Below, piece by piece: positions 48,216-56,366 of a stretch of DNA of 64,000 nt (its first letter is position 1; every line of letters starts with the position of its first letter). A program made the translations under genes and the position numbers. The DNA comes from an uncultured Acidobacteriota bacterium (GTDB lineage Bacteria; Acidobacteriota; Terriglobia; Acidiferrales; UBA7541): the NCBI GenBank assembly GCA_963785395.1, contig CAWAVH010000018.1:156360-220359 (forward strand). Reading direction: 5' to 3'. The notes beneath the pieces are model-generated. The model did not search any database and was not told where the DNA came from. It saw only the letters and a program-made list of their open reading frames with translations.

Positions 48216-48788
48216 TCAACTTTTCATCGCCACTTGCACGAATTTCACCAGCACCGTCGATATGATTTGCAGTTTTCGCAGGTCGTCGCTTCGAAAATCC
48301 GTCCCCGACTCTTCCTGCGAACGCGCTTTCCGCGAAATTTGCACCACGCCGATCGTTTTATTTTCCAAAAGTATCGGCGCGCTCATAATTTTCTGAATAG
48401 TTTCGCCTTGAGTTCTTCCGATCGGCACCGCTTCGAATACAGACGCATGCCGCGAGTTCGCAAAATTGTTGCTGATCTCTCCGCGCTTTTCGCGCGCCGT
48501 TTTTGCCGCTAGAGATCCCGTGCTGCTCAGTGGAATCGTTCCAATCGTGCGCAACTTGTCGGGAATAATAAATTTCAGCAGTTTTCCCTTCGCGATCACT
48601 CCAAGCACCGCGACTTCATCGTTTGCCACTCCGAACGCGTGCGCGATTCTTCCCGCGATCGCATCCAGAATTTCGGGATCGGTTGGTTCGGGCGCCAGTT
48701 CAAGCCGCGCCACAAGCGGGTCAATTTCCGCTGCTGCCGGGATCGCTTTTGTCACTCGCGCCTCATTGTGCGGTTGGTTCGTGCTCAA
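48216..48788 (-). CDS. GAF domain-containing protein
   Basis: 190-aa ORF. The pattern ...EVAVLGV...LKFIIP..L...GTIPL.SSTGSLAAKTAREKRGEISNNF....H..VFE......QKIMSAPILLENKTIGVVQISRK is GAF-like. Confidence 0.65.
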   Translation of the reverse strand: MSTNQPHNEARVTKAIPAAAEIDPLVARLELAPEPTDPEILDAIAGRIAHAFGVANDEVAVLGVIAKGKLLKFIIPDKLRTIGTIPLSSTGSLAAKTAREKRGEISNNFANSRHASVFEAVPIGRTQGETIQKIMSAPILLENKTIGVVQISRKARSQEESGTDFRSDDLRKLQIISTVLVKFVQVAMKS

Positions 48789-48922
48789 TTATAGCCAAAC
48801 ATGCGTTCTTTGCCACGCGGCAAATTTCTCCGTGTAGCCGTCTTGCAATGCCCTCGCGGAATTTCTATACTGCAACTTCCGGTCCGGTACTGAGTCCGGC
48901 GGAAAGCGAGTCGGGAGATTTA

Positions 48923-49581
48923 ATGGCGTCCTCAAGTTCCGGCGCAAAGGCAGATCACAGTTTCTTCTTCGCAAATTACATTCTCTGACGGGCCTAATCC
49001 CCATTGGCGCCTATTTAGTCGACCATATTTGGTCGAATAGTTATGCGCTGGTCGGCGAAGCGAATTACAACCATCAGTCCGCTGACTTGCAAACCGTTCC
49101 CTGGCGCATCCCCATCGAAATTCTGGTGATCTGGGTGCCGCTTGCGTATCACGCGTTCTACGGATTTTACGTTTGGTCGCGCGGCAAAAATAATGTCTCT
49201 GCGTATCCGTGGGTCGGCAACTGGATGTTCACCGTTCAGCGCTGGACGGGCCTGCTCGCATTCATATTTATCGCCTGGCATCTTTACGACGAACGTTTCC
49301 TCACGCACGGCATGTCCACCTACGCCGACGTTTACAACACCATGCAGAATCCGTGGTTCTTCGCATTCTTCCTGGTTGGCGTCACTGCGTGCTCCGTGCA
49401 TCTCGGCGTCGGCATTTGGAATTTCGTCTGCAAGTGGGGACTCGCAGCGACAGTGAAATCGCAGCGCGCCGCGGGACTTCTCGGCGCGGCCATCGGCGCC
49501 GTCATGGTTTTCATGAGCGTCACAATTGTCATTTGCTTCCGCTACGGCTGGCATCCGCTGAACTCTTACTGTCCCAGATAA
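48923..49581 (+). CDS. sdhC: Succinate dehydrogenase cytochrome b558 subunit; one apparent frameshift ~48980
   Basis: ATG 48923 (MASSSSGAKADHSFFFANYI) shifts to SLTGLIPIGAYLVDHIWSNSYALVG... and ORF 49087..49581, with 5 TM helices and conserved His residues (AYHAFYG, IAWHLY, CSVHLGVGIWN). Confidence 0.82.
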
Positions 49582-49582
49582 A

Positions 49583-51363
49583 ATGAAACAGCCCAAAATT
49601 ATCGTCGTGGGCGGAGGCTTGGCCGGTTTGATGGCCACGATTCGCGTGGCCGAAGCCGGAGTTCCCGTCGATCTTTTTTCCATCGTGCCCGTAAAGCGTT
49701 CGCATTCTGTTTGCGCGCAGGGCGGAATCAACGCCGCGAAAAATACCAAGGGCGAAGGCGATTCCGCCTGGCAGCATTTTGACGACACCGTTTACGGCGG
49801 CGATTTCCTCGCGAATCAAGCGCCCGTCAAGCGCATGTGCGAAGCCGCGCCGGGAATCATCGATCTGCTGGATCGCATGGGCGTCATGTTCAATCGCACG
49901 CCCGAAGGAAATCTGGATTATCGCCGCTTCGGCGGCACGCTTATCCATCGCACCGCATTTGCGGGAGCGACCACCGGCCAGCAACTTCTCTACGCGCTCG
50001 ATGAGCAAGTTCGCCGCTACGAAGCCGAAGGCAAAGTAAAAAAATACGAAGGCTGGACATTTCTTTCCGCCGTGATCGACGACGCCGGCATTTCGGCCGC
50101 GGCATCTGCGCCATGGATTTGAAAACCATGGAAGTGAAAACTTTCCCCGCCGACGCCGCGATTTTCTGCACTGGCGGCATCGGCGCAATTTTTGGCCGCT
50201 CCACAAATTCCGTCGTTTGCACCGGCATCCGCGCAATCCGCGCTTTTCCAGCAGGGCGTGGACTACGCCAACGGCGAATTCATTCAGGTGCATCCCACGG
50301 CGATTCCCGGCGAAGACAAACTTCGCCTGATGAGCGAATCCGCGCGCGGTGAAGGCGGCCGCGTCTGGGTGCCCAAGAGCGCCACCGATAAGCGCGCGCC
50401 AAATTCAATTCCCGCCAACGAACGATTTTATTTCCTCGAAGAATGGTATCCGAAGTACGGCAACCTGGTTCCGCGCGACGTCGCAACGCGCGCCATTCAC
50501 AAAGTTGTTTTCGAATTGAAACTCGGCATCAGCGGCCAGCAAGCCGTCTATCTGGACGTGACGCACATTCCGCGCGAAATTCTCGACCGCAAGCTCGAAG
50601 GCATTCTGGAAATTTACGAAAAGTTTCGTCGGCGTGGATCCGCGCGTCGAACCGATGAAAGTTTTTCCCGGCATGCATTACACCATGGGCGGCATCTGGG
50701 TCGATAACGAAAATCAGGCCACGAAAGTTCCCGGAATTTACGCCGCCGGCGAATGCGAATATCAATATCACGGCGCGAATCGCCTCGGCGCGAATTCTCT
50801 CGTCTCCTGCATTTACGGCGGCAGGATCGCCGGCCCCGCCGCCGTGAAATACGGCCGCAATCGCTCGAAAAAGGCGCGAGTCAGTCGCCTTCGTCCGTCT
50901 TCGAGCGCGAACAAAAGCGCCAGCAGGGAATTAACGAAGCGCTGGTCGCGCAGCAGCGGTGCCGAAAATCCCATCACCATCTGGAAAGAAATGGGCGAAT
51001 GGATGACGGAGCACGTCACCGTCACGCGCAAGAACGATGGCATCGAAGCGACCGACGCGAAATTGCAGGAACTGCTCGAGCGCTACAAGAAAATGAATCT
51101 TTCCGACCGCACCAGGTGGTCGAATCAAACTCTTAATTTCGCGCGCGAGCTTTACAACATGTTGATTCTCGCGCGCGTCATCACTCTCGGCGCGCTGGCG
51201 CGCAACGAATCCCGCGGCGCACACTACAAGCCCGATTTCCCGGAGCGCGACGACGCCGAACTGGCTGAAAACCACGCGCGCAAAATGGGTGAACGGCGAG
51301 ATCAAGCTGACGTACGAGCCGGTGGATATTTCGCTGCTTCCGCCGCGCACGCGAAAATATTAG
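49583..51363 (+). CDS. sdhA: Succinate dehydrogenase flavoprotein subunit; at least 6 apparent frameshifts (non-functional as assembled)
   Basis: IIVVGGGLAGL, SHSVCAQGGINAA (ORF 49583..50122); FPADAAIFCTGG (50113..50352); FIQVHPTAIPG, SESARGEGGRVW (50192..50707); YTMGGIWVD, HGANRLGANSL, ESRGAHYKPDFPERDD (50634..51431). The terminal NWLKTTRAKWVNGEIKLTYEPVDISLLPPRTRKY ends at TAG 51361-51363. Confidence 0.9.
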
Positions 51364-51398
51364 CCGCAAGTTTGCGGACGATGAGAATTCGAGGTACC

Positions 51399-52154
51399 AT
51401 GGCCGACAAAAAAAGTCATCGTCAAGCGTAAAGCGCCAGCAGACGCCCGAGCGAGCGCCCGCACTGGGAAGAATTCGACGCTCGACTTGGCGTCCGCACA
51501 TGAACGTCATCATCTGTCTGCGCGATATCGCCGAGCGTCCCGTCCACCGCGACGGCAAAACCACCACGCCAATCACCTACGACTCGAATTGCCTGGAAGA
51601 AATTTGCGGCTCTTGCGCGATGGTCATCAATGGAAGAGCGCGCATGGCCTGTTCCGCGCTCGTCGATCATCTCGATCAGCCCATTCGCATCGAGCCGATG
51701 ACGAAATTTCCCGTCGTGCGCGATCTGGCCGTCGATCGCACCTTGATGTTTGAAAGTTTAAAGCGCGTGAAAGCCTGGATTCCCATCGACGGCACCTACG
51801 ATCTCGGCGAAGGCCCGAAGATCGCGCCCGAAGTTCAGGAAAAGGCCTATCCGCTTTCGAACTGCATCACCTGCGGCAGCTTGCCTCGAAGTTTGCCCGC
51901 AAGTGAACGCGAATAGCAATTTCGTCGGCGCCGCGATCATCAGCCAGGTGCGCCTCTTCAACATGCATCCGACCGGCGCGATGCATGCGCACGAGCGCCT
52001 GGAAGCCGTCAGCGCCACAGGCGGCGTGCAAGATTGCGCCAACGCCCAAAATTGCGTGCACGCCTGCCCGAAGTCAATTCCGCTCACCGAATCCATCGCC
52101 GAAGTGAACCGCGACGCGATTCTGCAAAACACATTAGGTTGGCTCTTGGGATAG
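51399..52154 (+). CDS. sdhB: Succinate dehydrogenase iron-sulfur subunit; at least 4-5 apparent frameshifts
   Basis: MADKK then an A7 run (51408-51414). VKRQQTPE, PHWEEFDARLGV and MNVIICLRDI...SNCLEEICGSCAMVINGRARMAC (ORF 51500..51916) are in different frames. The C-terminal ferredoxin part ...NAQNCVHACPKSIPL is in ORF 51903..52154. Confidence 0.88.
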
Positions 52155-52169
52155 TGCGATTCCTGGGAA

Positions 52170-52193
52170 CGCCGATCTCCGTATCGGCGCTTT
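52170..52193 (+). terminator. Hairpin terminator candidate after sdhB
   Basis: CGCCGAT-ctccgt-ATCGGCG followed by CTTT, 16 nt after the TAG. Confidence 0.4.
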
Positions 52194-52413
52194 ACTTCTG
52201 CTTAAAATTCTCGTCATCTGCGCCTTTTGCATCCCGATGTTTTGTATCGGGGCTGAATTCCGCTCTAGCGAGTGAGGTGATCTGCGTCTCAGGTTTTGAT
52301 CGGGAGCATCGCAGTGCCCTCGAAAAACTTTTTGCCTCGCACTTCAACCCCACTCCGCCGCCCCGTCCGCAATCACTCGGCCGGGGCGTCTTTAACTCGG
52401 AGCGGTCACCTCA

Positions 52414-52695
52414 CTAATTGTGATCCGGATGTTGATGGCGCCAATTCCAATAATCGCGTTGCTCTTTCTTGCTGGCATTTTTGAACTCGTGATTCTTTTT
52501 GTGGTTGTCAGTCAAATACACTCCCCAAGCGCGATTCTCGTTGTCGTCCCACGCGTGGTAGTCGTTGTGATCCTTATCGTAAAACTTCACCTGAACGCTT
52601 GCTTCCTGCGGTACGGGAGCGGCAAATATCGCCACCGGTGCCGCAAGCACAGCGGTTAGAACGAGCGAAGCGAAACAGCGTTTTGCAAGATGCAT
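52414..52695 (-). CDS. Small secreted His/Asp/Asn/Trp-rich hypothetical protein (93 aa)
   Basis: ATG at 52695 is preceded by GGAGGAG. The signal peptide is MHLAKRCFASLVLTAVLAAPVAIFA. The mature part is KFYDKDHNDYHAWDDNENRAWGVYLTDNHKKNHEF...YWNWRHQHPDHN. Confidence 0.7.
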   Translation of the reverse strand: MHLAKRCFASLVLTAVLAAPVAIFAAPVPQEASVQVKFYDKDHNDYHAWDDNENRAWGVYLTDNHKKNHEFKNASKKEQRDYWNWRHQHPDHN

Positions 52696-52927
52696 CGTGT
52701 ACTCCTCCAAAATTTCAGAATGTCCGCTTTTTAATTTGCGGCACCCACCACTCTGCCCGCTCACCATCCCGCCGTATGTCCAAAACAGCACACCGTTCCT
52801 TCCCGCGCATATCTTCAAATGAGGGTGCCCCATGTTCGGCCCGCAAAGCGGGCGAACGTGGGCTTGCCGATCGCCATACCCGAACATTTCTCCGCGGCAT
52901 CAAACACCCGAGTCCCTGGAGAATTTC

Positions 52928-53956
52928 ATGCCGCCATCCGCAATCAAATCCCGTGCAGCACAAATCTCCCACGCCAATGGCCCATTCGAAATCGTTGAAC
53001 GTGAAATCCCCGCGCCCGGTCCCGGCGAAGTCCGCATCAGAGTTCAAGCCTGCGGCGTCTGCCACAGCGATTCGATCGTCAAGACCGGCGCATTTCCCGG
53101 CCTCGAATATCCGCGCATTCCCGGACACGAAGTTGTCGGCGTAATCGAATCCATCGGCGAAGGCGTCCCAAATTTCAAAGTGGGTCAGCGCGTAGGAGTC
53201 GGCTGGCACGGCGGAAGTTGCGGCTATTGCGATCACTGTCGCCGCGGCAATTTTTTCAGCTGCCAAACAATCACGAAGATCACCGGCATCTATCGCGACG
53301 GCGGCTATGCCGATTACATGCTCGCGCTAGCTTCGGCTGTCGCTCGCGTTCCCGATGAACTCTCCGCTGTCGAAGCTGCGCCGCTCATGTGCGCTGGCGT
53401 CACCACTTTTAATTGTCTGCGCAATTCCGGCGCGAAGCCCGGCGAAGTCGTCGCGATCCTCGGCCTCGGTGGACTTGGCCACCTCGGAGTTCAATTCGCC
53501 GCCAAGGCAGGCTACAAAACCATCGCCATCGCCCGCGGCAAAGACAAAGAGCCACTCGCAAAGCAGCTAGGCGCCGCTCAATATATTGATAGTCAGTCTC
53601 AAGATCCAGCTGCCGAACTCCAAAAGTTAGGCGGCGCAATAGCCGTCCTGGCCACCGTCACCGATGCCGGCGCCATGAAATCCGTAATCGGCGGCCTCGC
53701 TCCAAATGGAGTTTTCATGGTCATTGGCGCCGTCCCTTCGCTCGACGTGCCATCCTTGCAGTTGCTCACCAATCGCCAAGCAGTAAAGGGCTGGTACTCT
53801 GGCACTTCAATCGATTCTCAAGACACTCTCAACTTCAGCGTTCAAACCGGCGTCCGCTCCATGAACGAATCCTATCCCCTCGAACAAGTAAACGAAGCCT
53901 ACGAACGCATGTCCAGCGGCAAAGCCCGCTTCCGCGTAGTCCTAAAGCTCGAGTAG
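52928..53956 (+). CDS. Zinc-dependent alcohol dehydrogenase (MDR family)
   Basis: ACGVCHSD, PGHEVVGVI, structural zinc CGYCDHCRRGNFFSC and the NAD motif LGLGGLGHLGVQFA. ATG at 52928 follows GGAG. Confidence 0.9.
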   Translation: MPPSAIKSRAAQISHANGPFEIVEREIPAPGPGEVRIRVQACGVCHSDSIVKTGAFPGLEYPRIPGHEVVGVIESIGEGVPNFKVGQRVGVGWHGGSCGYCDHCRRGNFFSCQTITKITGIYRDGGYADYMLALASAVARVPDELSAVEAAPLMCAGVTTFNCLRNSGAKPGEVVAILGLGGLGHLGVQFAAKAGYKTIAIARGKDKEPLAKQLGAAQYIDSQSQDPAAELQKLGGAIAVLATVTDAGAMKSVIGGLAPNGVFMVIGAVPSLDVPSLQLLTNRQAVKGWYSGTSIDSQDTLNFSVQTGVRSMNESYPLEQVNEAYERMSSGKARFRVVLKLE

Positions 53957-54023
53957 CGCAGCCATTCTTGGCTGCGGCCTTTGGTTCATCTTCTGACGTT
54001 GAGGGTGCCGCATCCTTGGAAGT

Positions 54024-54872
54024 TTAAGGGTGCGGACTTTGACTTTGCGCTTCCGTCTCCAGATATCTCAAAATCAGCGCCGCAAGCCTCCCAGCCGCCC
54101 CCTCCTGCATTTCCAAATACAACTCCGGCTCAATCACCTCAAGCTCCATCAACCAAATCCGCCCGCGGTCGACCACCACATCCACCCGAGCAAAAACGGC
54201 AGGCCACGGAAGCAGCTTCAAAACTCGAGCCGCAAACGGCAACGCGATCGCGGGAGCCTCTCCCGCGATCACTGTCCCACCGTGCTCCACCTGCACCCGA
54301 AAATCCTCAGCCGCAGGCTTCTTATTCACCGCATGGCTGTACTCACCGCCGATAAAAACCAGCGACCACTCGCCTTCCGTCTCAATCGCCTCAATGAACC
54401 GCTGTACAATCGCCGGTCCGCGCACTATCCCCGAATTTCTCCGCTCCGTTCGATGTGCGCTAGCCGACACCACCGGCTTCACCACTGCCTCGCGCCACCC
54501 GCGCGCAGCGCACACCTCGCCCAAATCGATTTCCTGTCCAGCATCCACAAAAATCGTTTCCGGAATCACAGCCCCGCCCGCCGCAAGTTCACCCAAATAA
54601 GTTTTGCTCGCATTCCACCGGATCAACTCAGGCGAATTCACCACCACAACGCCGCAACTCTCCAGCCGCCCAATCCACTGCAGAAATTTCTCCACCTGCA
54701 AATGGTAATCCCAGCAAGACCGCACAACCACCGCATCAAACCCACTCCACTCCCGCGCCGCATCCTTCCAATCCACCACCTCAACCTCAAATCCAATCGC
54801 CACAAGCGCATCCACCAGCCGGCGATCACCAACCGGCAGCACCTCCTCCGAACTAGCAATTCCAATCCGCAT
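54024..54872 (-). CDS. ATP-grasp domain-containing protein (RimK/GshB-like), function unknown
   Basis: 282-aa ORF from MRIGIASSEE. ...SKTYLGELAAGGAVIPET..., AVVKPVVSASAHRT, SLVFIGGEYSHAV and WLMELEVIEPEL resemble the ATP-grasp fold order. Confidence 0.55.
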   Translation of the reverse strand: MRIGIASSEEVLPVGDRRLVDALVAIGFEVEVVDWKDAAREWSGFDAVVVRSCWDYHLQVEKFLQWIGRLESCGVVVVNSPELIRWNASKTYLGELAAGGAVIPETIFVDAGQEIDLGEVCAARGWREAVVKPVVSASAHRTERRNSGIVRGPAIVQRFIEAIETEGEWSLVFIGGEYSHAVNKKPAAEDFRVQVEHGGTVIAGEAPAIALPFAARVLKLLPWPAVFARVDVVVDRGRIWLMELEVIEPELYLEMQEGAAGRLAALILRYLETEAQSQSPHP

Positions 54873-54966
54873 TTCAGTTCCCGGTCTCAATTTCTCTGCT
54901 CTCCTACCACGAGTGAGCCTTCCAATCAGCAGATGATCACACGTAAATAATGCTGCCAGTAGCAAG

Positions 54967-55039
54967 GTTTTGTATCAGGGCACGACCTCTGGTCGTGCCA
55001 ATTAACTTTGTAAATGACTCCGGCTGTAGCCGCTGAGTC
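54967..55039. repeat. REP-like two-hairpin element (GTATCAGGGCACGA family), copy 1
   Basis: GGTTTTGTATCAGGGCACGACC-tct-GGTCGTGCC (9-bp stem), followed 16 nt later by GACTCCGGCtgtaGCCGctGAGTC. It shares the leader GGTTT..GTATCAGGGCACGA with 58811..58844. Confidence 0.65.
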
Positions 55040-55060
55040 ACGCAATCTCGCAGAAATGTC

Positions 55061-55813
55061 TCACTGCAAAATCTGAAACGCGCACTGCACAGTCGCTCGT
55101 AGGATTATTTTTTCAGGATTGATTACCGGCGCATTCGGCGCACTTATCGGAGAAAGATCCTTATACTTCACCGGAGGCATTCGCTGAACTTCAACCGTCT
55201 GATCCGCGACAGGCATCCTTACGACTGATCGAATTTGAGTCACATCCACATTTGCAAATCTCAGCACTCCAACTTTCTGGCCCTTCTCCGCCAGCGCCGC
55301 ATTCGCCCTACCGGTCGCCCGCCGCATCGCGTCCGCCACAGCTCGCTGCTTCCCAGCCTCCTCATCCGCCAGCGAATACGTCAGCGAACGAAAATCCGTA
55401 ATCTCATCCGTCACCGATTCATCCATGATCGGCCCCAGCTTCGTAAAGTCCCGCACCTTCAAAACAATTTGGCTCGTCACCCGAAACGATCGTGCGCGCT
55501 TCTTCCGGTCTCCCTCATAGTAGGGAGTCACCAGCAGCACTCCGCTAAACACATCCGCTTTCGCAATCCCATTCTTATCCGCGAGCGCCGCGATTTTTTG
55601 CAGCGCCGCTCCCGCCTTGTCATACGCGGGATTCAAATTCTTTTCCTGCGAAGCAATGTCAAACGTCAGCGTCGCCAGGTCCGGATCAGCTTCGTAAGTT
55701 CCTTCCGCCTGAATCACCAGCGTATCAGCAACAAATTTCACATCCGAGTTCTGTGCCTTCGACGCAAAAGGGAACAGTGACAGCACCACCACACAAAAAG
55801 CCGCGCGTTTCAT
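55061..55813 (-). CDS. SIMPL (DUF541) domain-containing periplasmic protein
   Basis: Signal peptide MKRAAFCVVVLSLFPFASKA. The two-lobed pattern includes VIQAEGTYEADPDLATLTFDI..., AYDKAGAALQKIAA and AVADAMRRATGRANAL. Confidence 0.7.
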   Translation of the reverse strand: MKRAAFCVVVLSLFPFASKAQNSDVKFVADTLVIQAEGTYEADPDLATLTFDIASQEKNLNPAYDKAGAALQKIAALADKNGIAKADVFSGVLLVTPYYEGDRKKRARSFRVTSQIVLKVRDFTKLGPIMDESVTDEITDFRSLTYSLADEEAGKQRAVADAMRRATGRANAALAEKGQKVGVLRFANVDVTQIRSVVRMPVADQTVEVQRMPPVKYKDLSPISAPNAPVINPEKIILRATVQCAFQILQ

Positions 55814-55968
55814 CCTCTCCTCCTGGACTGGCTACCTCGACGCCTGCCCACTGCGATGCCCCCTCCGTTACCGGTGTTGCACCGTAAAGACATCCTAACC
55901 CACGTCCGAAATTCCCATTTTGGAACTCCGTCCGGATGGGACTAGTACTCTCATTTTATATTTAGTTC

Positions 55969-55997
55969 TTGACAACTGTTTCGGTTTTTGAGATAAT
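55969..55997 (+). promoter_or_regulatory. Consensus-like sigma70 promoter TTGACA-N17-GATAAT (plus strand)
   Basis: CTCATTTTATATTTAGTTCTTGACAactgtttcggtttttgaGATAATgcacatggag. It has an AT-rich upstream flank and is homologous to the promoter at 17579..17607. It lies 370 nt upstream of the dipeptidase ATG. Confidence 0.6.
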
Positions 55998-56117
55998 GCA
56001 CATGGAGAATTTCCTTCAAAATTCACGGTCGCAGGGCTTGTTGTCGCGCAGAACTGCGCTCGAATAGTTCCAAAACGGAAAAAGAGGCTATCAGGGGGCT
56101 CCGATGCCACGTAAGTC

Positions 56118-56198
56118 TAGCTATATCTGCAGTTACGGGAGTAGTACTAGCTAACTCCTGTAGAATCTGCAGTTACGCGAAAAGAGGGGGGTGGGGGG
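56118..56198 (+). repeat. Conserved ~83-nt non-coding module (copy 2): DR-hairpin-DR-G6TG6
   Basis: CTAGCTATATCTGCAGTTACGGGAGTAGTACTAGCTAACTCCTGTAGAATCTGCAGTTACGCGAAAAGAGGGGGGTGGGGGG. It contains two exact ATCTGCAGTTACG repeats and has 7 mismatches to the reverse complement of 17397..17479. Confidence 0.85.
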
Positions 56199-56366
56199 CT
56201 TGCTGATGATCGCTTCAGAATCCGAACGGCAACTTTTGAGCACGACGTTGGCTGGGCCGTCCAGCTCAAAACCGGCAGGCCGGCCCAATTGCGCCGCAAC
56301 ACTTGAGGCAACACCCATTTCTTTCGTCCTTAACTCTCGGAAAGGCTTTAAGGTATTCTCACTCGC

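Noticed and set aside
54030-54950. 306-aa His/Pro/Arg-rich ORF on the plus strand
   Set aside because: It is antisense to the ATP-grasp ORF and has extreme low-complexity composition. The minus-strand frame has domain-like order and a sensible start.
56002-56067. 21-codon ORF (MENFLQNSRSQGLLSRRTALE) starting 5 nt after the -10 box; possible leaderless micro-peptide
   Set aside because: It is not conserved in the 17-kb promoter copy, whose spacer is unrelated. The spacing from the -10 element is short for a leaderless start, and there is no further support.
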